Shown piece by piece: positions 18,805 through 29,139 of a stretch of DNA of 64,000 nucleotides. The notes under the pieces are model-generated. The model searched no databases. It saw only the letters and a program-made list of their open reading frames with translations, and was not told the DNA's origin. Every line of letters begins with the position of its first letter. Within the stretch, counting starts at the first letter, position 1. This stretch comes from Candidatus Krumholzibacteriales bacterium (GTDB lineage Bacteria > Krumholzibacteriota > Krumholzibacteriia > Krumholzibacteriales > WJIX01), in the NCBI GenBank assembly GCA_046483305.1, contig JAWODM010000034.1:43101-107100 (forward strand). The letters are read 5' to 3'. Position numbers and translations under genes: made by a program.

Positions 18805-19710
18805 ATGAACTGGTTAAAAAGGGCCAGAAAAGGGATAAGAACCTGGCGAAGAAAGAATATTCCGGAAGGCCTCTGGAGGAAATGCCCTTCCTGCGGCGAG
18901 ATCCTTTACAGGGAAAATCTGGAGAAGAATCTTTCCGTCTGCGCAAACTGCGGCAATCATTTCCGCATATCCCCGGATGCATACCTGAGAATCCTGTTTG
19001 ACGAAGGCAGTTTCACCGAGTCCGATCCCGATCTCAGTCCCACCGACCCGCTGAAATTCAAGGACAGGAAGAAATACCCGAATAGAATCAAGGATGCCCA
19101 GAAGAAATCAAAGAGAAAATCAGCGGTGGTAACGGGGACGGCGGAGATTAACGGAATCAGGGTTGCTCTAGCCGTAATGGACTTCTCATTTCTGGGCGGA
19201 AGCATGGGATCAGTAGTGGGAGAGAAGATAGCCAGAACTGTCAGGACAGCGATCAGGGAACGGGTACCTTTCCTGATGGTTTCCGCCTCGGGGGGAGCCA
19301 GGATGCAGGAATCCATACTTTCTCTGATGCAGATGGCCAAGACTTCCGCGGCGGTCGCCCTGCTGGACAGAGCGAATCTTCCATTCATTTCGATTCTAAC
19401 CAATCCGACCACCGGAGGAGTAGCCGCCTCTTTCGCTTTCCAGGGTGATGTGATCATAGCCGAACCTAAGGCTCTTGTCGGTTTTGCCGGCCCGCGTGTA
19501 ATCAGGGAGACTGTAGGGGAGGAGCTCCCCGAAGGTTTTCAGCGTTCCGAATTCCTTCTCGAACGCGGTATGATAGATATGATTGTCTCCCGGGAAGATC
19601 TGAAGCGGACGGTGGGTTTCATTATCGAGAGTTTTGTTAAGGGAAATCCTTGCAGAGAGAAGGAAGAGAACGTGGATGATAGTAGCAAATCACTCTCGCT
19701 CATCTGGTAG
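18805..19710 (+). CDS. accD: Acetyl-CoA carboxylase carboxyltransferase beta subunit
   Basis: WRKCPSC...CANC zinc finger, GGSMGSVVGEK and SGGARMQE motifs. Confidence 0.97.
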   Translation: MNWLKRARKGIRTWRRKNIPEGLWRKCPSCGEILYRENLEKNLSVCANCGNHFRISPDAYLRILFDEGSFTESDPDLSPTDPLKFKDRKKYPNRIKDAQKKSKRKSAVVTGTAEINGIRVALAVMDFSFLGGSMGSVVGEKIARTVRTAIRERVPFLMVSASGGARMQESILSLMQMAKTSAAVALLDRANLPFISILTNPTTGGVAASFAFQGDVIIAEPKALVGFAGPRVIRETVGEELPEGFQRSEFLLERGMIDMIVSREDLKRTVGFIIESFVKGNPCREKEENVDDSSKSLSLIW

Positions 19711-20998
19711 GGGCAGGCCCTTTTCAAATATAGAATTCCTCTATTCACTCAGACCGACAAATATGAAGCTCGGGCTGGAAAACATTACCGCGGTACTCGA
19801 TTATCTGGGTAATCCTCAGAAAAGATTCCCTTCCGTCCTGGTTGCCGGGACAAATGGCAAGGGCTCGGTTTCCGCGTATTTAACTTCAATTCTCAGGGTG
19901 GCAGGGTTGAAGACAGGAACTTTCTATTCGCCTCACCTGTTCAGGATAAACGAAAGGATCCAGGTAAATGGCAGGGAGATACCTTCATGGGTATTGGATG
20001 CTTATCTGGGCGAGCTGAGGGGTATTCACTCAGACTGCCCGTTTACTTTCTTTGAGGGGGTGACGGCGGCGGCTATCCTTCATTTTGTGGAAAGCGAAGT
20101 GGACGCCGCCGTCTTTGAGGTCGGGCTGGGAGGAAGGCTGGACGCAACCCGGCTGGTAAGTTCCATTCTTTCGGTGATTACCGGTATATCGATAGATCAT
20201 ACCAGGCACCTGGGAAGCACCAGAGAGGAAATCCTGCATGAGAAGCTGGGTGTGGTGAAGAAGGGGATACCGGCGGTGGTGAACCTGGAAAGCCGGCCGC
20301 TTATCTCCATCGCCCGGGAATTCTGCGGCAGGGCAGGTTCTCCGATATACAATGCTGATGCGGAGGCAGAAACTGAGCTGAAGAGCATGAGGGCGGAAAA
20401 GATGCTTTTCAGTTTGAAGACAGAAAGTTATGATTACGGCGATCTCGAATCCCGGATTATCGGGGAGCACCAGCTCAGGAATATTACAACCGCGGTCAGG
20501 TCAGCCGAGGTTCTTTCCGGTATAATGGGCGTTGATTTACGCCGTTATATAAGTGATGGGGTCGGGAAAGCTTTCTTGCCGGGCAGATTTCAGGTTCTGA
20601 GCGGGAGGCCGAGGATTATCATGGACGTATCCCATAATGAGCAGTCGCTGCTCGGTTCCATATCCACCCTCAGGGCGGTATCAGAGCCGGAACATAACAT
20701 AATAGTGTTCGGCTGTATGGAAAGAAAGGATCTGGGGTCTTTCCCGGCGAAGGCTGAGGGCTCTTCCAGGATTCTTCTGCTAGCCCCTCTGAAAGGTTCC
20801 GGGGCGGCGGCCGGGGAAGATCTGGCGGCCCGTTTTGATCTAAAAGGAAAAGCGGCCGGAGCCGCGGGGACCGCGCCGCTGCTCTGTGCCGGTATGAGAG
20901 AAGCCCTGGAACTCGCACTTGATTCCGCCGAAAGGGACGACACCCTGCTGGTGCTCGGTTCGCACCACGCCGTCGAAGAGGCGTTATCATTCTTATGA
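19676..20998 (+). CDS. folC: Bifunctional folylpolyglutamate/dihydrofolate synthase
   Basis: VAGTNGKGS, SPHL, EVGLGGRLDAT, PGRFQ and DVSHN motifs; follows accD; start approximate. Confidence 0.94.
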   Translation: MIVANHSRSSGRGRPFSNIEFLYSLRPTNMKLGLENITAVLDYLGNPQKRFPSVLVAGTNGKGSVSAYLTSILRVAGLKTGTFYSPHLFRINERIQVNGREIPSWVLDAYLGELRGIHSDCPFTFFEGVTAAAILHFVESEVDAAVFEVGLGGRLDATRLVSSILSVITGISIDHTRHLGSTREEILHEKLGVVKKGIPAVVNLESRPLISIAREFCGRAGSPIYNADAEAETELKSMRAEKMLFSLKTESYDYGDLESRIIGEHQLRNITTAVRSAEVLSGIMGVDLRRYISDGVGKAFLPGRFQVLSGRPRIIMDVSHNEQSLLGSISTLRAVSEPEHNIIVFGCMERKDLGSFPAKAEGSSRILLLAPLKGSGAAAGEDLAARFDLKGKAAGAAGTAPLLCAGMREALELALDSAERDDTLLVLGSHHAVEEALSFL

Positions 20999-21945
20999 GG
21001 GAAAGGAAGAATATGAACACTATGTACGGCGTAGATATAGGAGGGACCAACGTTAAACTTGCGGTGGTCAATGAAGCCGGGGATATTCTGCACAGAGGGA
21101 TGATACCCACCGAACCTTCTTCAGGCCCCCGGAAAACCGCCTCCCGGGTTGCCGAATGGTTCGAGGAGCAGGGCCCGCTGCCCGGAGATGTAACCGGAGC
21201 CGGGGTGGGCTGCGCCGGGTTGATTAACCATCAGGAAGGTTTGCTTTATTCTTCGCCGAATCTTCCCGGGTGGGAAGGGGCCCGGCTGATGGAAATATTC
21301 AGGGAGGAGCTCTCCCTGCCGGTGACAATTGATAACGACGCTAACTGCGCTGCATACGGGGAGTATTTCTTTGGAGCAGGAAAGGGATACGATAATTTTG
21401 TCTGCATAACCCTGGGAACCGGTGTAGGCGGGGGAATAATAATCGACGGCAATCTTTACCGGGGGGAATTCGGGCAGGCCGGGGAGCTGGGCCACACAAA
21501 GGTAGTTGCCGGAGGAGAGCTCTGCTCCTGCGGTAGCCGGGGCTGCCTGGAAGCATATATCAAGGCGGAGGCTATCGTGGAACGGGCCCTGGGGATGATA
21601 GAGAACGGCGACGCTTCAGTCCTTTCGGAAAAGGAAAGGGTAACGGTCAAGGATATTTCCGAAGCTGCCGGCAGCGGCGATGAAGTCGCGGCAGAGGCCC
21701 TGAGAATTACCGGATGGTACCTGGGGATAGGATTATCCAATGTGGCACACCTTATAAACCCGGGCGCTATAGCGGTCGGCGGCGGGGTGGCCATGGCGGG
21801 CCGGCATATTATGGGCCCGGCAACTGATTCTCTGAGCGAACACGTGATGAATGAAATATTTATGAATGTCAGCATTGTTCCCGCGGAGCTGGGCAATAGC
21901 GCTTCGAGTATCGGGGCGGCTATGCTGGCCTCTGAGAAGAGCTGA
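20995..21945 (+). CDS. ROK-family sugar kinase (glucokinase)
   Basis: GVDIGGT, NDANCAA, LGTGVGGG, GELGH and CSCGSRGCLE motifs. Confidence 0.94.
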   Translation: MRERKNMNTMYGVDIGGTNVKLAVVNEAGDILHRGMIPTEPSSGPRKTASRVAEWFEEQGPLPGDVTGAGVGCAGLINHQEGLLYSSPNLPGWEGARLMEIFREELSLPVTIDNDANCAAYGEYFFGAGKGYDNFVCITLGTGVGGGIIIDGNLYRGEFGQAGELGHTKVVAGGELCSCGSRGCLEAYIKAEAIVERALGMIENGDASVLSEKERVTVKDISEAAGSGDEVAAEALRITGWYLGIGLSNVAHLINPGAIAVGGGVAMAGRHIMGPATDSLSEHVMNEIFMNVSIVPAELGNSASSIGAAMLASEKS

Positions 21946-22008
21946 CACGGCAGGAGTTGTTGCGGCAGCGCCCGCCGAGCGGATGATAGATGAAGATGCC
22001 TTAATAAA

Positions 22009-25000
22009 GTGGAGCTGCGTTTGAGAAGAACGGTTCTGAACATAATTATTTTTCTGGCTTTTCTTGCCCTGCCGCCCCGGGATTCTGTGGCTCAGGCGAC
22101 AGGGGAAAGAGGAAGCAGCAGCGCTGATTCAACTCTCTACCAATGGAAGGCGGGGAATCTGAAATTCAGGGAAGTTGAGGGGAAGAGGGTGGTGTTTCTC
22201 AGCGACAGCGTCAGAATTGACCACCAGGCCGCCACTATTACATCCCTTACCGGGATGCACTACCTGGATGAGAAAAAATTCATACTGGAGGATGAAGTTC
22301 ACGCCGTGGACGGGACCATGGAGATTTTCGGGGAGATAGGAAAATATTTCGGCCTGGAGAATATTCTGACCATCGAGAAGAATGTCAGGTGCCTGGATCG
22401 CGGAATGGAGGTGACCTGTGAGAGGGGACGATACAACAGGGTTTCCACAACGGTTTTTCTTACCGGAAATGTAGTTCTTACGGACAGTACCCGGGAACTT
22501 TACGCGGATACGGTCATTTATAACCGGAATACCGGGATAGCAAATGCCTACGGGTCGGTTGTTATCATCAATCCCGCCCAGGATTATTCGATCTCGGGAC
22601 CCCATGCAAGGTATGACCGTGAGAAATCAGAGGCATATATGGACGGCTATCCGGTTCTGATCTTTGACCGGAGCCAGCAGGAGCCGGGCCGTATAAAGTC
22701 CGCGGAGATGCTTTTCAATATGGAACTGGACCGGGGAACAGCGGTGGGGGACGTCAGGATAATCAAGGGGGAAACCTCCGCGGAATGCGACTCAGCGATT
22801 ATTTTTAACGATCAGGGTTATGTCGAGCTTCTGGGGGATCCCAGATCCAGGAGCGGCCTGTCGGAGATGAGGGGAAAGAGGACAGGAATCTATTTCTCCG
22901 AAAGAGAAGTCAATACCATCATACTGCCGGAATTCGGGCGTATTTCCGAGAAACCGCCCAGGGGGTCGCGGTGGTGGAAGGATTCGTGGATTGAGGGTGA
23001 TTCGATAGTAATTCATCTCTCCGATGAAGATGTGGATTCGGTAAGGGTTTTCGGCAGCGCCAGGGCGATGTACTACCCTTCGGAAAGTGAAAAGGGAAAG
23101 GTCTCCAATAATTTCTCCAGCGGGGATACCATGTTCTTCAGGTTCAGGAGGAAAAACCTGATCTATGTCAATGTAACCGGTAACACCGAGGGGATTTATA
23201 AGTATATGCACCTGGAGGATAATGAAACCATAGACAGCCTGGCGGCGGAAACTGATACCGCGCTTACCTACCGGGATTTTAACAGCGAATCGGAGAAAAT
23301 CAAATACAGCGGCAACAATATAGAATACTTCGCCGATACCGAAGATATCAGTATCGACCGGTCAGCCAGCATTGATTACCAGAACAAGACCCTGGAAGCC
23401 GATCACATAGACTTCAATTCGAAGCTCAATATACTGAAGGCTGAAGGCAGCCCGGTGCTCAAGGAGCACAATCAGGAGATGTACGGCTATGAGATGGGTT
23501 ACGATATGGACCGTAATGGGGGGCTGGTCACCAGCGGATCCACCCAGTATGACAACGGTTATTACAGGGGGGGACATATCTTCAAGGATGGCAAGGACAT
23601 ACTGAAGGTATACGATTCCATATATACTACCTGCGATCTTAAGAGCCCCCATTACTCTTTCCGTTCTCACAGGATGAAGGTATATATGGACGATAAGGTG
23701 GTATCGGGGCCTATTACCCTCTATCTGGGCGAGATGCCGATATTCTATCTCCCTTTCATGGCTAATTCTATCAGGAGGGACCGGCATTCCGGTATTCTGA
23801 GGCCGAATTTCGATATCGGGATCAACAGCAGGGACGGAAGGTTTATCAGGGGGCTGGGTTACTACTGGGCAACCAACGATTATACCGACTTCACATTAAC
23901 CGGGGATTTCAATGAATATCAGAATATCAGGTTTCATCTGGAGAACCGTTATAAGGTCAGGTATCTACTGAACGGAAATGCCGATTTCAACTTCGTGAGG
24001 AATTTCCGGGATAAGACCAGTGAATGGACGGTCAACGCTTCCCATAATCAGACATTCAGCAAAACATCTTCGTTCAGAAGCAATTTGAAATTCGTAAGCA
24101 GTGATCAGGCACAGAGGGCGTTGAACAACGTTGACGATGTTGACAGGGTAGTGGACCGGAGGATATATTCAACGGCCAGCTATAATAAAAGCTGGGGGGG
24201 GACCCGGCTGGGACTTTCCGCGAACAGGGACCAGAAACTGAATGTGGACAGCCCCACTGATACAAGGATATCCTCCACCCTTCCTCGATTCTCTCTCAAC
24301 TTTCCCAGAATTTCCCTGTGGTTCGGCGGGAAGCGTAAGGGGAGCGAAAGATCGATCTGGGAGAGAGCCCTGAGAAGCATCACCTTCAGCCCCAATCTCA
24401 GAGGGGAAAGGAGAGAGAGGATAAGCGAAGCTGAAGAGACCACGGAGCTTTCCGCCAGTTCCGGATTAGGCCTCAGCCAGCAGCATAAAATACTGTTCCT
24501 TAATTTCTCTCCCTCCATGAGTTTGAACTGGAATTACTCCAACATATTGAGCGACCGGGTGGATACAACTTATATTAAGAGAGATTCCAGGGAGGGAGAG
24601 GTGGAAAATGAATATTCGATGAGATTTGGAGCGGGAATAGGAACCACCCTTTACGGTATATTCTACCCCCGATTAGGACCGGTCAGCGGAATAAGGCATA
24701 CCTTCAATCCGTCTTTCAATTACAGCTATACGCCCAGGCTTCGGGAGGGACAGGTGATGAACAGATCCCTGAGCTACTCCGTGAGGAACATTATTGATCT
24801 CAAGGTGAGGCAGGGGGATGAGGTGGTTAAGAAGAATAACGTACTGACATGGAACATAAGTGGAAACTACGATCCGGATAGAGAGAAGGGACAGCGGTTC
24901 TCCAATATCAGAAGCGGCTTGAGGACATCTCTGGGAGGCAAATTGTCCCTGAGCCTGAACCAGACTTACGATCCCAGGGAGAAAGAGATTATATCTACCA

Positions 25001-25467
25001 GTTTCAACGCGGACCTGGCTCTGAGCGGATCATTCTCGTATCCCGCCACGTGGTCCGTTAAGCAACAGGAGAGGGTCGCCGCGGCCGCTTCCGGAGCCGG
25101 TAATGGAGGGGGCGGCGAAACCGGCCCCGGCGAAAGAAACTGGTCACTGGCGGTGGGATACAGTTTTTCGGAGAGGGGTTCCGGAACCTTCTCCAGTGTC
25201 ACCAGCAAGGTCGATCTGAGGGGCAATATTTCACTGACCAGAAACTGGAGGATATCGTACTCCGGTTATTATGACCTGGATGCGGATCAATTCACCAGCC
25301 AGCAGTATACACTGGAGAGAGACCTTCACTGCTGGAAAGCGAGCTTCATTCACCGAAGATTCGGTAACGAATGGAGTTACTACTTTCAGATATCGGTTAA
25401 GGAGCTGCCCGATATAATGTATGAACGGGGCAAGCGGGGGATAAGAAGTTCGGTCCCGTATATGTAG
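22009..25467 (+). CDS. lptD: LPS-assembly protein LptD-like with extended OstA/LptA-like N-terminus
   Basis: Signal peptide, repeated beta-jellyroll segments, YTTCD..PHY, GYYWA and RDLHCW motifs, C-terminal beta-barrel. Confidence 0.85.
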   Translation: MELRLRRTVLNIIIFLAFLALPPRDSVAQATGERGSSSADSTLYQWKAGNLKFREVEGKRVVFLSDSVRIDHQAATITSLTGMHYLDEKKFILEDEVHAVDGTMEIFGEIGKYFGLENILTIEKNVRCLDRGMEVTCERGRYNRVSTTVFLTGNVVLTDSTRELYADTVIYNRNTGIANAYGSVVIINPAQDYSISGPHARYDREKSEAYMDGYPVLIFDRSQQEPGRIKSAEMLFNMELDRGTAVGDVRIIKGETSAECDSAIIFNDQGYVELLGDPRSRSGLSEMRGKRTGIYFSEREVNTIILPEFGRISEKPPRGSRWWKDSWIEGDSIVIHLSDEDVDSVRVFGSARAMYYPSESEKGKVSNNFSSGDTMFFRFRRKNLIYVNVTGNTEGIYKYMHLEDNETIDSLAAETDTALTYRDFNSESEKIKYSGNNIEYFADTEDISIDRSASIDYQNKTLEADHIDFNSKLNILKAEGSPVLKEHNQEMYGYEMGYDMDRNGGLVTSGSTQYDNGYYRGGHIFKDGKDILKVYDSIYTTCDLKSPHYSFRSHRMKVYMDDKVVSGPITLYLGEMPIFYLPFMANSIRRDRHSGILRPNFDIGINSRDGRFIRGLGYYWATNDYTDFTLTGDFNEYQNIRFHLENRYKVRYLLNGNADFNFVRNFRDKTSEWTVNASHNQTFSKTSSFRSNLKFVSSDQAQRALNNVDDVDRVVDRRIYSTASYNKSWGGTRLGLSANRDQKLNVDSPTDTRISSTLPRFSLNFPRISLWFGGKRKGSERSIWERALRSITFSPNLRGERRERISEAEETTELSASSGLGLSQQHKILFLNFSPSMSLNWNYSNILSDRVDTTYIKRDSREGEVENEYSMRFGAGIGTTLYGIFYPRLGPVSGIRHTFNPSFNYSYTPRLREGQVMNRSLSYSVRNIIDLKVRQGDEVVKKNNVLTWNISGNYDPDREKGQRFSNIRSGLRTSLGGKLSLSLNQTYDPREKEIISTSFNADLALSGSFSYPATWSVKQQERVAAAASGAGNGGGGETGPGERNWSLAVGYSFSERGSGTFSSVTSKVDLRGNISLTRNWRISYSGYYDLDADQFTSQQYTLERDLHCWKASFIHRRFGNEWSYYFQISVKELPDIMYERGKRGIRSSVPYM

Positions 25468-25621
25468 CCGGCACGGACTGGCCGGGGGTTAAAACCTCAA
25501 AAGCTGGCAATGAAAGATTTAGAAGAAACCTTATTTTAAAGGAAATAAGTGTTGACAGACATTTTTTCTGTAGCTAAAGTAGCGATGTATTTATTTCTTG
25601 AAAAGGTAAAGGAGGTGTAGG

Positions 25622-25912
25622 ATGAACAAAACTGAATTGATTGAAAAGGTTGCTGATAAAACGAATTTGACTCGTAAAGATGCTAAAGCCGCGGTAGACG
25701 CTATCTTCAGCACAGCGCCAAGAGAAGGTATTATCGCAGGCGAACTGTCCAAGGGCAAGAGAGTCCAAATTACTGGATTCGGCACATTTTCACGTCGTAA
25801 GCGCAAAAAGCGTAAGGGACGCAATCCTCAGACTGGAGCAACAATTACTATCCCGGCGACGAAATATCCAGCCTTTAAAGCCGGAAAGGCTCTGAAGGAA
25901 CGTGTCGAGTAA
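25622..25912 (+). CDS. hup: HU family DNA-binding protein
   Basis: [23 protein letters not shown] and [10 protein letters not shown] motifs. AAGGAGG RBS; TTGACA (25552) and TAAAGT (25575) promoter boxes. Confidence 0.97.
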   Translation: MNKTELIEKVADKTNLTRKDAKAAVDAIFSTAPREGIIAGELSKGKRVQITGFGTFSRRKRKKRKGRNPQTGATITIPATKYPAFKAGKALKERVE

Positions 25913-25928
25913 TAGTATTAAATATTAT

Positions 25929-25973
25929 AAAATGGAAGCAGGTGGATTAATCTTCATCTGCTTCCATTTTTTT
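25929..25973 (+). terminator. Intrinsic terminator after HU
   Basis: AAAATGGAAGCAGGTGGA / TTCATCTGCTTCCATTTT stem ending in a T-tract. Confidence 0.88.
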
Positions 25974-26109
25974 ATATATCTGACCCGGCGGGAGCGGATA
26001 TCCGGAACCGTCTTGAATAAGATGACGGGTTGAATTATATTATTCCAGGCCGGTGTTAATCTGAAACAGGCATTCGGTGATACCGTTCAACAAATCAGGA
26101 AAGCTGTGT

Positions 26110-27489
26110 ATGAATAAATCAGTTTTGACTCTTATATTATTCATTCTGATAACCGTATCCGCTTTAGATGCTCTGGAAAGCGGCCCGGAGCCGGTGACCG
26201 TGCTGTTCACCAGCGATACCGAAGGCAAGGTAAGGCCATACGGGTGAGCGTCCAAAGCCGAAGGCGGAGTGGCCCGGAGGGCTGAAGGATTCAGAAGAGA
26301 ACTGGAAAAAGACGGTCAGGCACTTATCCTGTGCGCGGGTGATTTTTTCGGGGAAAAAGGTATCCTGGAGATGTTGAGGGGTAAATTCCTCGGCCGGATG
26401 ATGATGAAAATGGGTTACAGCGCAGTGGCGGTTGGAGAAAAGGAATTGAATTATCAGGGCAGGGCAATCCGCGATATTCGCAGCGAAGGGCTTCCCGTTA
26501 TCTGCGCGAACCTGTTCCGCGACGGAGTCAGGCTTTTCCCTCCCTATAAAATAGTAGAGAGACGGGGAAACAGAATAGGGATAATGGCCCTCCTGGATTC
26601 AGAGCTCCCGCCGGCCCCGGATATGGTCCTGGAGCCGCCTCTGGAGACAGGAAATTCCATTGCGGAGGAGCTTAAAGATAAAGGTTGCAATATTGTTATC
26701 CTTCTGGCCCATATGAAAAGGGAAAAGATAAGTGACCTGGCTCTTTCTATTGAAGGTGTTGACCTGATAATCCGGGGCCATGCCGAGAAGAAGTCTCTGG
26801 TCTATGATGACTGCAGCGACCGGTCCATAAAATCTTTTGAGGAATTCGGTGTTCCGGTACTTTTTGCCGGCGATAAGGGGAGAATAATAGGCAAAACAGT
26901 TCTGCTGCCATTTGAAGATGGCGGCTGTATGCTTGCCGATACCACCGTGATCCATCTTGATTCCTCATTCGAAACCGAAAATAATTATACCGCGCATGTG
27001 AATAATTATATGAGAGAGGAAGCCCGTAAGAAAAGCATCATGGAAGTCCGGAAGAATGTGGCCCGCGATGAGCGGGGGAATATCAGGCCGGTATACATGG
27101 GTATGCAGGTCTGCGGTAGATGCCACAGATCCATAGCGCACAAATTTTTATCTACCCGGCACTATAAGGCCTATCAAAGGGTAAGTGACAGGGATGACAG
27201 GGAATCATGTTTGAAATGCCATGCCACGGGTTACGGAGAGTATTCGGGGTTCGGCTCGGAAGAAGCCGCCAACAGGGATATTGAACTGAAGGGGGTTACC
27301 TGCGAGGAATGCCATGGGCCCGGAAGCGAGCACTCCCGGGACGGCAGGTATGTCGAAACAGCCAGGAATTCATGCCGGCGGTGTCACACTCCGGAAAGAT
27401 CTCCGGGTTTTGATTATCAGAAGTTCCTGAAGAAGGCTTGTTCGATTATGCGAGCCGATTCCACTGTCAGAGAGAGAGCGGTTCACTGA
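26110..27489 (+). CDS. Exported selenoprotein: UshA/5'-nucleotidase-like domain with Sec46 fused to a tetraheme cytochrome c domain
   Basis: ATG 26110 gives a signal peptide and VLFTSDTEGKVRPYG, then an in-frame TGA (26245-26247), then ASKAEGGVARR continuing into the 26269 ORF. Contains AGDFF, VGEKEL, LLAH and GH motifs and four CxxCH (CGRCH, CLKCH, CEECH, CRRCH). Confidence 0.85.
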
Positions 27490-28292
27490 TGTTCTTATCT
27501 GTTCTGATCAACCGGGCTAAACAGAGGATTCTGAGTAATTGTGGCATTATCTCCGTTGCCATATTATCCATAATCGGTTTCGCGGCGCCGGATTCGTCCG
27601 GGGAATCCGGGGTAATGGTGCCGGGGATAAATCCCCGGGATATTACTTTCAGAGAGGGGGAGAGAGTTCAGTACCTGGTGATATCGGAGGCCTACGGTAT
27701 AAGGGATTCCTCCCTGGTAACCTTTTCGGTATTCAGGCGCACCGGGTCGGAAGCCGGGATAGAGATAGAATCAGCGCCGATCCCCGCGGACTCGGCCGAG
27801 GCCGTGGTAGTGCGTATTGTGCTTTCCGGGCAGGCCTTAAACCCCGGCTGCTCTGACAGCGACAGCCTCAGGTTCGAGTCGGTGATTCTGAAAAAGGGAT
27901 CTGAGCCATTCAGGGCCCTTACCGGTGAAGAGAAGGCTGAAATCGATATTAATGATTATTTCTTCGATCCATCGAAATACCGGAAAACTCCCCTCCCCCG
28001 GGATACATTGACCACCCCGGCGGGCGAGTTCTTCTGTGAATCAATGGAATTCACCAGAAGCAGCAGGGACGAAATGAACCTGGGAGGGAACAGAGCTGTA
28101 AGATTCGAGGAAGTGAAAGCTCTGCTATGGAGGTCCGAACAGGTTCCATTATGGGGGCTGGTAAGGAGCGAAGTGATAAGCAGCCGGCGGACTGAAATTG
28201 ACGACCCATCGATTCCGCGGGATATGCTCAAATCAGGCCGGAAATCATACCGGTCGATTCTGGTTTCCTATGTAGGTGTAAACAAGGAATAA
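27489..28292 (+). CDS. Hypothetical exported protein, translationally coupled to the selenoprotein gene
   Basis: TGATG stop/start overlap at 27487-27491, N-terminal hydrophobic segment and a TPAGEF motif. Confidence 0.7.
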   Translation: MFLSVLINRAKQRILSNCGIISVAILSIIGFAAPDSSGESGVMVPGINPRDITFREGERVQYLVISEAYGIRDSSLVTFSVFRRTGSEAGIEIESAPIPADSAEAVVVRIVLSGQALNPGCSDSDSLRFESVILKKGSEPFRALTGEEKAEIDINDYFFDPSKYRKTPLPRDTLTTPAGEFFCESMEFTRSSRDEMNLGGNRAVRFEEVKALLWRSEQVPLWGLVRSEVISSRRTEIDDPSIPRDMLKSGRKSYRSILVSYVGVNKE

Positions 28293-28506
28293 GGTTACGG
28301 AGACCAAAAATTCCAGTTTTTCCGTAACAATCTTGGGCGAGGGGCTTGCCAAGAATCCGGATTAATGCTATATTGATAATTAAGTTGATGTGGAATTAGG
28401 TGTACTGCCGGAACAGTCATTTATAGCATCTCATTGTAATAGTTGCAGGATAACATGCTCTTTTCCACGATGAAGTTGTTCTATGTACCAGGGACGGGAG
28501 GAAAAG

Positions 28507-28698
28507 ATGACCTTGAGTGGCAAGGATGATAGTGTCCTAAAGAAAACCAAGAGGTATGTGAAGTATCATCAACTGCTGACCAAAGCCAGAGAAGATGGAC
28601 GTATCGGGGGAGAATTCAAATGCCCGGTTTGCGGCATGAGTTACCATACTTCTGATAAGGCTGATAATTGCTGCAGGATTGAAGGCGAAAGTCTGTAG
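28507..28698 (+). CDS. Small zinc-finger-like protein
   Basis: GGAGG RBS; FKCPVCG...CC motif; upstream TTGCCA-17-TATATT promoter at 28346-28374. Confidence 0.7.
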   Translation: MTLSGKDDSVLKKTKRYVKYHQLLTKAREDGRIGGEFKCPVCGMSYHTSDKADNCCRIEGESL

Positions 28699-28708
28699 GT
28701 ATGATTAT

Positions 28709-29131
28709 ATGAAGAAAGGAAAAGTTAAAAGGACGAAAGAAAAAATTGAACAGTACTGTTCTGTTTGCAAGGACACTTTCGAAATGGAAGTGGTGCGGAA
28801 TGATGACGATAACGGGGGTGTTCCGTGGCTGAAATGCCCCGGCTGCGAAGGATTCCTTCCCTATATGGGCGAGGATGAAGCTGAGGAAGGCGATGACGAT
28901 GAAGAACAGCAGGAACTGGCACCGGAAGACCTCTCCTCTGAAGACAGGGAAAACGCCAAAGTCTACAACCAGGCCGCAGAGTATAACATAGACGACGTTA
29001 TCTATCAGCGTTCATGGAATGACTACGGGAAGGTTCTGGACAAGGAGGTTTTACCCGGAGGGAGAAAGGTGATTGTGGTACAGTTCATTAATCAGGGCAG
29101 GATCCGTCTACTTGAAGGAGCGGAGCAGTAA
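28709..29131 (+). CDS. Zinc-ribbon protein with acidic linker and C-terminal SH3/Tudor-like domain
   Basis: CSVC...CPGC, a D/E-rich tract, then DVIYQRSWNDYGKVLDKE..IVVQF. Confidence 0.75.
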   Translation: MKKGKVKRTKEKIEQYCSVCKDTFEMEVVRNDDDNGGVPWLKCPGCEGFLPYMGEDEAEEGDDDEEQQELAPEDLSSEDRENAKVYNQAAEYNIDDVIYQRSWNDYGKVLDKEVLPGGRKVIVVQFINQGRIRLLEGAEQ

Positions 29132-29139
29132 GAGTAACC

